Below the pieces are notes generated by a model. The model was not told where the DNA came from and made no database searches. It was given only the letters and a program-made list of their open reading frames with translations. 64,000 nucleotides of DNA from Alkalispirochaeta sp. (lineage in GTDB: Bacteria > Spirochaetota > Spirochaetia > DSM-27196 > Alkalispirochaetaceae), in NCBI GenBank assembly GCA_965242725.1, contig CBDESZ010000006.1, forward strand, positions 64,001 to 128,000. Reading direction: 5' to 3'. Shown here one piece after another: positions 52,752 through 63,527 of the stretch (positions within the stretch are counted from its first letter, which is position 1; each line of letters starts with the position of its first letter). The translations under genes and the position numbers were made by a program.

Positions 52752-54014
52752 TGAGGTGGACCCCTTCGTCAAGACCACTCAACGAGGGTCTTAAGCTACT
52801 CCATTGCCCCGCTCAGGCTGCAGCCTGAGCGCCGCGCCGGTTGTATGCCATATTCGGCGTCTTCCCATCCACGGATGAGTGAGGGCGCCGTCCGTTGTAC
52901 ATCGTGATGTACTCATCGATTCGTTGCCGGGCTTCTGCCGGTGATTGGTAGTCGTTGAGGTACACCTCGTCGTACTTGATCGTCCGCCAGAACCGCTCGA
53001 TGATTACATTGTCGAGAGCGCGGCCCTTGCCATCCATACTGATCTTCACGCCCGCATCTTTAAGGGGCTGCAGAAACGCCGGAGAGGTGAACTGTACTCC
53101 CTGATCGGAGTTGAAGATCTCCGGCGGCCCATACCGTCTGAGAGCCTGCTCGAGCACTTCAATCGCGGACGATTTGTCGAGAGTCAGGCTTACGTCCCAG
53201 CTCAACACCTTCCGGGAGAACCAGTCAATGATCGCCGTCAGGTACACGAACCCGTCTTCCAGCCGAATATAGGTCGTATCGATCGACCACACCTGGTTGG
53301 GACGCTCAATCGACAACCCTCTCAAGAGGTACGGGTATACCTCGTGTTCCGGCGGCAGGCGACGGTGATAGGTGTGCGGAAACACCACACGCAGCATCAT
53401 GAGCCGCATCAGACGCTGTACGCGCTTCCGGTTGACCGTCCAACCCTCCAGACGCAGGGCGTCACGGATCATTCGGCTGCCCCACGTGATATGCGCGGTG
53501 TGGAGCTCATCGATCCGTTTCATAAGCTGATCGGTGTCCCGATCGACCTTCTGCGGTTGGTAGTACAGCGTTGATCGGTTCAGGCCCAACAGCATGCACT
53601 GCTCACGGACTGACAGTCTTTCGTGATCCGGCTCGATCATTTCCCGAAGTTCGGCAGCTGATCGACTCCCAGTTTTTTTTTCAGGAAATCGATCTGTACT
53701 TGCTGGTGACCGACCTTCCGGTATAGCTCATCTCGTTCGGCCTCAGTGGCCTGTTGCTCGTCATCATGCTTGCCGGCAAAGATGTCCGGCCCATGATCCA
53801 TCAGCTCTTTCTTCCAGCGATGGACCTGCGTCGGATGAACGCCATATTCCTCGGCGATCTCCGTCACGCTGCGGTCAGCCTTGTAGGCCTCCATCGCAAC
53901 CTTGAACTTGGTCGCCTTGTTCCATGTTGTTCGTCGTCGTCCCATGGTGCAAAACCTCCGATTCCCATTCCAACGCAATCTTCATGCGTTGTCCAGTTTT
54001 CGGGGTCCACCATA
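52752..54014 (-). mobile_element. IS3-family element (orfB 52813-53640, orfA 53637-53945)
   Basis: Same element at the same insertion site as in copy 1. Confidence 0.92.
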
Positions 54015-54043
54015 TTTCGTACAAAAGAATCGAAGCAAGAGCG

Positions 54044-54346
54044 CTAATTCGTCTTGGCGAGTACTCGCGGGATCTTTCTCAAGTCTTCTTTCAGCCGTTC
54101 CTTTTCATCGCGAAGATCATACTCATCCTGGATACCCATCCAGAACTCCGCCGAGTTTCCAAAATACGCCGATAATCGAAGCGCGGTGTCCGCAGTAATA
54201 CGCCGATTACCTTTTAGGATCTGCGATATTCGAGTCGCCGGCATCCGGGTGTCCTGGGCAAGTCGGTACGCACTGATTCCCATCGGCTCGAGGAATTCTT
54301 CTTTCAATATTTCTCCGGGAGTAACATTGGGAATTTCGTCCATCAC
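54044..54346 (-). CDS. higA: HigA antitoxin
   Basis: Identical to 32260-32562. Confidence 0.92.
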   Translation of the reverse strand: MMDEIPNVTPGEILKEEFLEPMGISAYRLAQDTRMPATRISQILKGNRRITADTALRLSAYFGNSAEFWMGIQDEYDLRDEKERLKEDLRKIPRVLAKTN

Positions 54347-54352
54347 ATCCTC

Positions 54353-54635
54353 CTAGTGGTAATCCACGATTTCGACGTCGTGAGCCGATCCGTTTTCCCA
54401 ACGAAAACAGATCCGCCATTGATCATTAATCCGCACGCTATGCTGACCTGATCGACCCCCCGATAATGATTCCAGTCGATTCCCTGGTGGTATTCGGAGA
54501 TCATTCAGATCTCGGGACCGATGAATCATGACGAGTTTGCGATAGGCGGTTTTCTGAATCGGTTCGGGGATTTTTTTTTGAAAACTCTTGCCGCCAGATT
54601 CTCGACGTCTCTTTGTCCTTAAATGACTCGATCAC
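54353..54635 (-). pseudogene. higB: HigB toxin, frameshifted in an A9 tract
   Basis: 283 bp from GTG to TAG; T9 at 54571-54579 where T8 would keep SKKIPEP in frame. Confidence 0.85.
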
Positions 54636-54750
54636 CTAGGCTAATAATAACGCAATACATCATTGACGTAAAGCGTCATTATGACGCGAGAGCGTACCTT
54701 CGGTTTCTGCGTCAATCGCGTATTGCAATTTGGCTTCGCGTTCCGGAGTC

Positions 54751-54827
54751 ACATAACGACCGCATCACCTGCGCCCTCGCAGGAGCGAAGCGACGAGAAG
54801 GCGTCTGGTGAATGCGCGATGTTATGT
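54751..54827 (-). other. attC site (copy of 34308-34384)
   Basis: Same sequence at offset 20443. Confidence 0.85.
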
Positions 54828-54889
54828 TGCGCACGGTGACCACGCCCCCTATCTGAAGCAGGAAGCTCGCTACGCCCGTATGTGTTTAT

Positions 54890-56227
54890 GTGAGCACGGC
54901 AATCTCTGTCGCGACCGCGGTAAGGAATCAATACGTTCCCCGCGGCCGCAACGAGCTCCATACTATATTCGAGCGGCACTTCGGCGACTTCTGCGCCCAG
55001 TACGATGAGAAGTACGCCGCCACTTACGGCCGGTATCGCCTTGAGCGCATCCAGCAGATCGGGGAGCGGTTTTGCACCTGTGGCGACTATCTCCAGGGCG
55101 TCGCGCGGATACGCTGCACGAATCCCGAATGCGGACACGATTACTTCCGACCGTTCTCCTGCAAGGGGTTTTATCTTTGTCCGTCCTGCAGTCGCAAACG
55201 AACCATCCTGTTCGCTGAACACCTGACAGACGAGGTCCTGCTCAAGCTGCCGCATCGGCAGTTCGTTTTCACGATGCCCAAAGCACTCCGGCCGTTCTTT
55301 CGCCACGATCGACGCTTGTTCGCCGAGGTGTCTCGCCTAATCTACGACATCCTCCGTGATTTTTACCAAGAGGCCGCGGGCAGACCGCTGCTCACCGGCA
55401 TGGTCATCGCGCACCAGACGTTTGGAGACATGCTCCGCTGGAACCCTCATTTCCACGCCATCGTTTTGGAGGGCGGGTTTGATGATGAAGGTACGTTCTT
55501 CTACATCCCGTTCTCTGGGCTCCAGTCGATGGTCGAGGTATTCCGGCGTCGGGTGATCAAGCTGGTGGTGCAACGGGAGCTCCTGAACGATGACTTCGCT
55601 CGAAACCTTCTATCCTGGAGACACTCCGGTTTCAGTATCGACAACAGCGTACGCATACTCGACGAGTCCTCCCAGGAAAGCCTGGCGGAGTACATAGCAC
55701 GGCCGCCGATCTCGCTGAAGAAGATCCGCTACGAGCCGTTCAAAGGGAAGGTCCTATTTCACACCAAGTACTCGGAGTATTTCAAGCAGAACTTCCATCT
55801 GTTCGATGCCTTAGACTTTTTGGCCGAGTTAACGCAGCACATCCCGCCGAAACGTCTACAACTGATTCGGCGTTACGGGCTCTATGCCTCCCGCACAAAG
55901 GGACGGTGGGCACAGATGCCATGGGTTGTGGAACGAGCACCGGACGGATGGAAGACCGACCATCAATGCGGTGATGTCGCAGATGATCCTGGCTACGAGC
56001 CATTGTCGGATGGGGATGAAGAGGTCGATATCAATGCGAGCAAACGCGCCTGGGCCCGACTACTCGCGAAGGTCTATGAGGTCGATCCGATGGTCTGCCC
56101 AAAGTGCGGTGCGGACATGAAGGTGATCGCCGTCATCGAGGATCCCGACGAACTGAAGCGTATCCTCCGACATCTGATCAAGATCGGGCGGTCCCCACCG
56201 GGATTCGATCCCGATCGCCTTAACTGA
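54890..56227 (+). CDS. IS91/ISCR-family HUH transposase, copy 2
   Basis: Identical translation to 34447-35784. Confidence 0.92.
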   Translation: MSTAISVATAVRNQYVPRGRNELHTIFERHFGDFCAQYDEKYAATYGRYRLERIQQIGERFCTCGDYLQGVARIRCTNPECGHDYFRPFSCKGFYLCPSCSRKRTILFAEHLTDEVLLKLPHRQFVFTMPKALRPFFRHDRRLFAEVSRLIYDILRDFYQEAAGRPLLTGMVIAHQTFGDMLRWNPHFHAIVLEGGFDDEGTFFYIPFSGLQSMVEVFRRRVIKLVVQRELLNDDFARNLLSWRHSGFSIDNSVRILDESSQESLAEYIARPPISLKKIRYEPFKGKVLFHTKYSEYFKQNFHLFDALDFLAELTQHIPPKRLQLIRRYGLYASRTKGRWAQMPWVVERAPDGWKTDHQCGDVADDPGYEPLSDGDEEVDINASKRAWARLLAKVYEVDPMVCPKCGADMKVIAVIEDPDELKRILRHLIKIGRSPPGFDPDRLN

Positions 56228-56443
56228 CTGCTCTCTCGGCCTCGCGCCGTGGCATCCGTGTGTCCGTCTTACGCCCCAATCGTTTCCGTAACAGCCCTGA
56301 TCTGTCCGTTTGGACGTTTGCGTACTCGAGTGGGCGGCAAGTGCGCCGCCGGCGCACGGCGAACCGCGATTCTCGTCGTGATTTCGTCGAGTCTTGCGCC
56401 TACCGCCCGTTTTCCGGTTGCGCTCGCGGATAACTCTTCCTAC

Positions 56444-57236
56444 TACTTGCGGTTAGAAAGACCCTTAGCGCCGGTGAACTATCCCGAAACAGGAGGATCA
56501 CCGTGCCGAAGACCAGCATAAAAACCGTGTAGTAGACCAGATAAATGACGGTAACTGCACCAAGAGAAACAAGGCTGAACGTTCCGAGCCAGTAGTTGAC
56601 GCTGACCGTTGTCAAAACCCCATAGGTAACTCCGTAAAATAGAATCGTCTTGAGATTACCGCGCCAGAGTACAAAAAGTAACGGAACAATCCCGATCCAA
56701 CCCAGGACTCCAATGCCGGAGGTGCTGATCGCTGATGGAAGTGAAAGAGTCGAGAGCCCCACGGAAAGCAGTGTGAGCAACAGTTCATAACGGTGCTGCC
56801 TCGCCGCGAAGAATAGATACAACAAAAAAACAGAAAGCAGCGACGGCCCGAATCGGAGTGCGACGATGGTCCGCTCCGTGCTTGTATCGATCGCCAGATT
56901 CAGCTCTCCGCCGCTTGCAATGAATCTCTGGACATAATCCATGTTTGCATTTGCAGCGAATATGTACCGGAACAAGAAAAACAGGAGCCCGACGGAGAGC
57001 AGCGACTCAGCGTAAAGGCGAACGGCTCGCCCGCGACGGTCTGCCGGTTTTCCATTACCGAAAATGAGCCATGTTCCGAGGAAACCGACCGCCAGGGCGA
57101 GCATGGCGGGAGGGAAGAGCCGAAGGCTCACTTCCGTTACGGCGTAAGGTCCCAGGAAAAGGATTCCGATTTCTACGACTCCGACAGCGAGAAGGGCCCC
57201 GCCCGCTTTTCGGTACGATGATGATTCAGGTTTCAT
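56444..57236 (-). pseudogene. lnt: 5' part of an apolipoprotein N-acyltransferase-like gene, cut by the element
   Basis: LSLPS....GIGVLGWIGIVPLL...YG......NYWL membrane region; nitrilase domain absent. Confidence 0.65.
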
Positions 57237-57285
57237 GTGTGTTCCGGGGCTTGTAAGGCAGACGGCATTCCGCCGGGCTATCCCG

Positions 57286-59472
57286 TCACGCCCTGCCGGT
57301 GTCATCCCCGATATGGCGCGAATACCGTAACGTCCGGGTCGCATTGAGTACCGCAAGAAGGGAGACCCCAACATCGGCGATGACCGCCTCCCACATCGTC
57401 GCAATGCCGATCGCACCGAGTGAGAGAAAACCTACTTTCACCAGCAATGCGAGGACTATATTCTGCATAACCACCGAGCGGGTGTGGTGGGCGACACGAA
57501 TTGCCGAGCCGATTCCTTCAACTTTGTCATCCATGAGAACGACGTCGGCGGCTTCGATCGCCGCATCCGAGCCGAGGGCTCCCATGGCAAAACCGACATC
57601 CGCGCGCATGAGAACCGGTGCGTCGTTTATGCCGTCTCCCACGAACGCCAGACGCTCTCCCTTGGGAAGCTTCTCGGAAAGTTGCTCGACCTTCTCCACC
57701 TTATCTTCGGGAAGCAGGCCGGCGTACCACTCGTCAACGCCGACAACATCCGCCACCCGACGAGCGACCGACTCGTTATCTCCTGTGAGCATCACCACCC
57801 GCTGCACGCCGGAGGTCCGGAGATTGGCGATTGCCTCGGTGGCTCCCGCTTTTAGCTCGTCCGCAATCACCAGATGCCCGACGTACGTTTGATCGGCCAC
57901 TACGTGGACGACTGTTCCCTCTGCGTCGCAGTCACCATGTTCTATGTTCTCACGATGAAGGAGCCGGTCGCTACCGGCCATGACCGTCCGGCCATCAACG
58001 CGAGCAATAACGCCGTATCCCTTCTCTTCCCTGACATCGGTAACCGTCTCCGGGTTTATCTTTTCACCGTACGCATTCCGGATTGAGCGTGCGATCGGAT
58101 GAGTCGAGTGCGTTTCGGCGCTCGCCGCCAACCGGAGCACATCCTCGGCAGAATAACCGTTTCGCGGTACCGTTTCAGTCACCTGAAATACGCCTTTTGT
58201 CAGCGTACCGGTCTTGTCTACGACCACCGTAGAGACGTTCTTGAGGGCGTCGACATAGTTCGCCCCTTTTATGAGAATCCCCTTGCGTGACGCTCCACCA
58301 ATACCTCCAAAATAGCCGAGAGGCACCGAAATAACCAAGGCACAGGGACAAGAGATCACAAGGACGACCAGGGCTCGATACACCCACTCATTGAGGACGG
58401 CACCCGGAATAAACAGAGGCGGCAAGAACGCGATCGCCGCAGCAAGACCGACAACAATCGGCGTGTAAACCGCCGCAAACTTGGAAATGAACTTCTCGGT
58501 AGGAGCCTTGCGGGCGGCGGCGTCCTCTACCAGCTCAAGTATCCGGGACACCGAGGATTCCGTGTACGGTTTGGTCACTCGGATGCGGATGGTGCCCGAG
58601 TCATTCACAAAACCCGACAGCACTGTATCACCTGTTTCCACGGTACGTGGGACCGACTCACCGGTAAGCGCAGATGTATCAACTGCCGATTCTCCTTGGG
58701 TAACTTCTCCGTCCAGAGGAATCCGCTCGCCTGGTCGCACCTCTATTATTGCACCGACCTCTACGGTGTCCGGACCAACTTCGGTCGTATCGTTCTCTGA
58801 GACAATCCGCGCCGAATCCGGACGGAGATCCATCAGAGAGGAGATCGATCGGCGTGACCGGCCGACCGCGAGGTCCTGGACATACTCACCGACGGAATAA
58901 AAAAGCATCACCGCGACCGCTTCGGGGAGCTCATGAATGGCGATCGCTCCAAGTGTAGCTATACTCATCAGAAACATTTCATCAAAGACACGACCCCGGA
59001 GAATGTTCTTTCCCGCGTTCAGCAGCACCGGCCCGCCGACAAGCACGTATGCAAGCAGGAAGACAAGGTACTCAGCTGTCTGAAACGGCGTCCCGTGAAG
59101 GGTCTTATTGAACAGGATACCGGCACCGGTGAGAACCAGGGCAAGTACCATACGCCCTACCCGCCAGGCGGTGTTTTCATCGCCATCGGGTTCACCCCCG
59201 TGATCGTGCCCGTGATCGTGATCGTGATTGTGATCAGCATGGTGGCTTCCGTCGTCCTTGACGACGATCCGCGCGCCCGGCTCGATGCGGGCGATCACTT
59301 CCTCCGCGGTCTTGAGTCCGTGTTCGGGAATAACGATCGACTCGGTCCCGAAGCTTACCGTGGCATCCGCGAACCCATTGATCTTCCGCAGCCCGGACTC
59401 GATCTGGTTAGCGCAGTTGGCACAGTCAAGACCCTTAATCCGGTACTTCTTCATCTCTATCTTATCCGTCAT
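57286..59472 (-). CDS. cadA: Cd/Zn/Pb-translocating P1B-2 ATPase
   Basis: GLDCANC, His-rich linker, SCPCALVIS, DKTGT, conserved TM Lys, ADVG. Confidence 0.92.
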   Translation of the reverse strand: MTDKIEMKKYRIKGLDCANCANQIESGLRKINGFADATVSFGTESIVIPEHGLKTAEEVIARIEPGARIVVKDDGSHHADHNHDHDHGHDHGGEPDGDENTAWRVGRMVLALVLTGAGILFNKTLHGTPFQTAEYLVFLLAYVLVGGPVLLNAGKNILRGRVFDEMFLMSIATLGAIAIHELPEAVAVMLFYSVGEYVQDLAVGRSRRSISSLMDLRPDSARIVSENDTTEVGPDTVEVGAIIEVRPGERIPLDGEVTQGESAVDTSALTGESVPRTVETGDTVLSGFVNDSGTIRIRVTKPYTESSVSRILELVEDAAARKAPTEKFISKFAAVYTPIVVGLAAAIAFLPPLFIPGAVLNEWVYRALVVLVISCPCALVISVPLGYFGGIGGASRKGILIKGANYVDALKNVSTVVVDKTGTLTKGVFQVTETVPRNGYSAEDVLRLAASAETHSTHPIARSIRNAYGEKINPETVTDVREEKGYGVIARVDGRTVMAGSDRLLHRENIEHGDCDAEGTVVHVVADQTYVGHLVIADELKAGATEAIANLRTSGVQRVVMLTGDNESVARRVADVVGVDEWYAGLLPEDKVEKVEQLSEKLPKGERLAFVGDGINDAPVLMRADVGFAMGALGSDAAIEAADVVLMDDKVEGIGSAIRVAHHTRSVVMQNIVLALLVKVGFLSLGAIGIATMWEAVIADVGVSLLAVLNATRTLRYSRHIGDDTGRA

Positions 59473-59475
59473 GGC

Positions 59476-59847
59476 TTACTCCTCATCGATATAGTGTTCT
59501 CGTGCCGTTTGAATCAGCGACAGAACGTGTTCATCGTCAAGCGTGTAGAACACCTGCTTGCCGTCCCGCCGCGCTCGCACAAGTCGCATCGTTTTCAGTA
59601 GTCGCAGGTGATGCGATATCGCCGGAGAGGTCATCTCCAACAAATATGCAAGATCACAGACGCACAGCTCTTGCCGTGAGAGCAAGTAGAGTATCCTCGT
59701 GCGTGTCTCATCTGCGAGAACGCGAAACAGTTCCGAAAGCCCGGAGACCGCAATGAGCGAATCGCGGAGCTCGTCTTCGTTTTCCTTGCAGGTAATACTG
59801 TACTCACTGCATACATCGTGACTTCGTCCCGAGACCGGCTGTTTCAC
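59476..59847 (-). CDS. ArsR/SmtB-family repressor
   Basis: ELCVCDLA, SHHLRLL, LDDEH...EH; imperfect palindrome ATAAGCAATTGTTTAAT upstream. Confidence 0.9.
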   Translation of the reverse strand: MKQPVSGRSHDVCSEYSITCKENEDELRDSLIAVSGLSELFRVLADETRTRILYLLSRQELCVCDLAYLLEMTSPAISHHLRLLKTMRLVRARRDGKQVFYTLDDEHVLSLIQTAREHYIDEE

Positions 59848-60021
59848 TAATTCTTCTCCTTAAAATAACGCATAAGCAATTGTTTAATTGTATCGTTACC
59901 GGGGCGGTATGTCAACCGATTGGGCGATACAGCCAAGACTCGATTGACCCCCCCTCCCGTAACAGCGATTAGCCGGCTACTTTGTCAAGTGACACTTATA
60001 CCATTCCGATAGTCATTACCA

Positions 60022-61095
60022 GTGGAAACGCTACTCAAGGACCAGCATGTCCGAAGAAGGCCCGACAGACACAGAGAATTGTACCGAAGGTCCGGATTCT
60101 CTGTACGAAGGCTCGTGTTGCCCGCCGTTGGTACCCACGGTACAGTGCTGCTTCTTTCCTCGATCATGTTCATGGCGTTTGTCGCGAACCTCCTCTATTC
60201 CAACTCGGGAATACGCAAAACGATCAACGGCGTTGTCTTTGCCGAAGTTCCTTCTATTGAGCTCCCTGCGACGCCGCCGCACGATGATAGAATAAGCGTC
60301 CCTCCGACTCCCGCCCGACAGGCAACGAACGGCGAACTCCTGAATATTGACCCGAAGGTTTATTCGGAGGTTGGTTTTTCAACCTATACCGTCAGAGAGG
60401 GGGACACCATATGGGAGATCGCCAGCCAATTCGGCTTACGGCCCGGGACACTTTTGTCGGTAAATCCAATAGACAGTGTACGACGACTCCTTCCTGGTAC
60501 CGTCTTGTCGGTCCCTGACCGTGACGGGGTCATGCAATCCGTACAAGAAGGCCAGACGGTGTCCGAAATTGCGGCGGAAAACGACGTTTCGGTCAACAGC
60601 ATATTAGACGCCAACAATCTCCGCTCGGACCTGCTTGAAATCGGGACTACGTTGTTTATTCCCGGGGCCACGATGGACGAGGAAGAGTATCTCCTGGCGA
60701 TCGGCGAACTGTTTCGTTGGCCTCTCGTTTCCGTCCGCTCCACATCCTCTTTTGGAATGCGTCGCGACCCGTTTACCGGAGTATGGCGAATGCATACCGG
60801 CGTTGATCTCGGTAATCCGTGGGGCAACCCGGTACTCGCCGCGTCGTCGGGAACGGTAATTATCGCCGACCCGGAATCAGGCGCCTACGGTAAACTGGTT
60901 GTCGTTGATCACGGAAACAGTTTACAAACCTACTACGCCCATATGAGCAAGATTCTGGTACGTCGAGGCGAGCGGGTATCAAGAGGTGAACGTGTCGGTA
61001 ACGTCGGAAATACCGGACGCAGCACCGGTCCACATCTCCATTTTTCGGTGACACGTGATGGCCGATGGGAAGACCCGCTTCGCTATGTAAAATAG
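60022..61095 (+). CDS. LysM / M23 peptidase
   Basis: Two LysM repeats, HTGVD, YAHM, STGPHLHF. Confidence 0.9.
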   Translation: METLLKDQHVRRRPDRHRELYRRSGFSVRRLVLPAVGTHGTVLLLSSIMFMAFVANLLYSNSGIRKTINGVVFAEVPSIELPATPPHDDRISVPPTPARQATNGELLNIDPKVYSEVGFSTYTVREGDTIWEIASQFGLRPGTLLSVNPIDSVRRLLPGTVLSVPDRDGVMQSVQEGQTVSEIAAENDVSVNSILDANNLRSDLLEIGTTLFIPGATMDEEEYLLAIGELFRWPLVSVRSTSSFGMRRDPFTGVWRMHTGVDLGNPWGNPVLAASSGTVIIADPESGAYGKLVVVDHGNSLQTYYAHMSKILVRRGERVSRGERVGNVGNTGRSTGPHLHFSVTRDGRWEDPLRYVK

Positions 61096-61384
61096 AGTGA
61101 TCGACAGATGCTTGAGTCTTCTACAGTTGTCCGTCGTTGCTGCAGGCGTGGAAAGACATTTTCAAAGAACAGCCCGTCTGCTATGCTGGACCCCCGACTT
61201 GAAATCCCCCGGACCGCAAGATCTGCGCCCGTCCAAGTCGGGTCTCCGGCAAAATATAAAATCACAAAGTGGTGTCGCCGACATCTCCGCATATACATAC
61301 ATTGTGGTATTTCAGCGACCTCACTGTCGGTCAGCTGTCTGAACTCCCGGTTTCTTGCCCTTTTTATCTGATTCGGTTGGGGTA

Positions 61385-62144
61385 GTCCGGAGGATTCCGT
61401 CTCTCCGATGTCGGGACCGGGAATCAACGTCGTCTCTGGATTCGCGGAGGCTTCCCCCGCTCATATCTTGCACCGGACGACGAATCATCGGCCTTGTGGC
61501 GGGAGGGATTTATACGAACCTTCCTTGAAAGGGACATCCCGCAACTCGCTTCAGCCCTTCCCGCACCGGCGCTCCGAAGGTTATGGACGATGATCGCGCA
61601 CAACCACGGTGGCATCGCCAACCTCGCCGCGATATCCCGCAGCCTTGTGATTTCCCAGCCGACGGTGACGCGCTGGGTCGATCTTCTGGTCCACACATTT
61701 GTTCTCCGATCCCTTCGTCCGTGGACATCCAATCTTGGGAAACGACTTGTTAAACGACCCAAACTGTACATCCGCGACAGCGGTATCCTTCACGGCCTCC
61801 TCACGTTGGAGACCGAGAAAGAAGTCATATCCCACCCGATTCTGGGCGCGTCCTGGGAAGGATTTGCCCTGGAGGAGACGGTCCGACGCCTTCGTCTGGA
61901 TTCCGAATCGGTCTACTTCTGGAAGACCCACGCAGGTGCAGAGATTGACCTGCTTTTTGAGCGTCAAGGTCGACGATTTGGGATGGATTTCAAATTTTCC
62001 GACGCACCAACGATGACCAGGTCGATCACCTCGGCGCGCACGGATCTGCATTTGGATCACGTATGGATCGTCTATCCGGGTACGCGAACCTATGCGTTGG
62101 ATGACGACGTCACCGTCGTACCCCTGGACCATGAAAACTTGTGA
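61385..62144 (+). pseudogene. AAA+ ATPase/DUF4143 protein, 5'-truncated
   Basis: LWIRGGFP upstream of the listed start, KRLVKRPKLYIRDSG, GAEIDL; no Walker A. Confidence 0.75.
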
Positions 62145-62279
62145 AACGACTATAACGAAAGAAGGATAATGCGCCCCGTCGGCATGGCGTGGGGAAGCCA
62201 CGTATTGAAGCTGACGGTACAGGTAAGAATTCGCTTCCCCAGGGAGAGACGGCAACCGGGTCTATTAGCACAAGACGCT

Positions 62280-62455
62280 CTAACGAGCAATCGGACGAGT
62301 GGCAAGTAACCCGAAAGTATATGAGTCAAGAGAGCTTGCGAAAGGTTTTCCACCCAGTGCCGGAACAGCGAAAGCTGTCGGCAGAGGGAACAGATAAGGT
62401 AGCGTAGGTTCAGCTACCGGAGACGGGAAATTACACCACTTGACGGGACGCTACC
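62280..62455 (+). mobile_element. IS256-family remnant (transposase tail and right IR)
   Basis: EQSDEWQVTRKYMSQESL; AATTACACCACTTGACGGGACGCTACC end. Confidence 0.6.
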
Positions 62456-62660
62456 TTCTAATTCGCTTTTCATATATATCGTCGAAATTCAAACGTAGAA
62501 AGTATGAAAAGTTTTTATTTAGGCCAGGGATACCTTTATCGTGATTATCCCCGATAGAAATGCAGGCATTTGGTAATTTCTTTTGAGACTTTAGGTAATC
62601 GGCAAGTATATACCGAGAAAGTATTTGAATTTTTTCCGCTAAATCGGTCCTAATGTTCAA
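62456..62660 (-). pseudogene. AT-rich cassette gene truncated by the IS256 remnant
   Basis: Follows the attC R' site; ISIGD...LRLNFDDI resembles a phosphatase-like N-terminus. Confidence 0.45.
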
Positions 62661-62714
62661 ATTATATCCTGATCAATTTTAATGGGTTTTGTTTTTCAAT
62701 TAACCCTGATGTGT

Positions 62715-62822
62715 ACATAACGCAGAGGTGACCTGCGTGGCGTCATTGGCGTGGCAGTTGCCGGCGAAGCCGGTAGCAACGGCCATGACAATAGCCACGT
62801 CTGGTCCACCGCAATGTTACAC
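62715..62822 (-). other. integron attC site
   Basis: R'' GTGTAAC, spacer ATTGC, L'' GGTGGACC (extra base), GACGTGGC/GCCACGC, L' GGTCACC, spacer TCTGC, R' GTTATGT. Confidence 0.82.
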
Positions 62823-63401
62823 TGCAACCGTCTGGGATCTCGAACTCTCGCCACACAGATAGCTGGCATCATCTTCTCGCACACGCACGTCTTGATTTGC
62901 TCAAAGAGCAAATCATGCGTACGGGGGCGCCGTGCTGAGTAAGCGTGAGCGACAACGGGATTACCCCATTCCCCTTCCCAATTTCAACAAAAAGAAGTCT
63001 GCCGCGAACCGTTTGGTCTGTCCCTGACGTCCTACTAACGGAACGGGTCATTTGCTGTGTAACATATTCCCTCCCACGTTTTCCGCGTTCCGCCGTACGG
63101 GAAGAGCTGTCACCGAAAACAGCATAACACGCCGAATCGTGTGCGAACGCTGCAAGGCGACACCGAGCGCATCTGTGAGGATCGGGGCTCTTACGGTATT
63201 GGTGGGGAAGGGCGCCGCCTGAATCGGCGTTCGGGGATCATACGCGGTCAGCGCAGGGGACAGTCGGCGCGCACCCCTGATCGTCGACTTCCTGTCGACT
63301 CCCGCCGGGCGCCTCCGACACTCAACCGACCTCCCGTCGGTTTGCGCTCCCCTGGGTCGCGCCGTGCCGTCGTTTCGAGTCCTGCTGTTCCCTGGGCAAA
63401 C

Positions 63402-63436
63402 AAAAAGCGCACAGCCCGATGGACTGTGCGCTTTTT
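63402..63436 (-). terminator. intrinsic terminator after the tRNA
   Basis: AAAAAGCGCACAG...CTGTGCGCTTTTT. Confidence 0.8.
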
Positions 63437-63439
63437 CAT

Positions 63440-63512
63440 TAGCAGGGGCAGGACTCGAACCTGCGACCTCCGGGTTATGAGCCCGACGAGCTGCCAACTG
63501 CTCTACCCTGCG
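63440..63512 (-). tRNA. initiator tRNA-fMet (CAT)
   Basis: CGCAGGG acceptor with unpaired C1, GGG-CTCATAA-CCC anticodon arm, GTTCGA T loop; CCA not encoded. Confidence 0.95.
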
Positions 63513-63527
63513 TCGTGTGAGGAGAAC

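Larger units (their letters stand above)
52307..56443 (+). mobile_element. IS91/ISCR-like element with cassette cargo, copy 2 (4137 bp)
   Basis: Begins with TACT inside araC, followed by TACT at 56444-56447. Confidence 0.88.
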
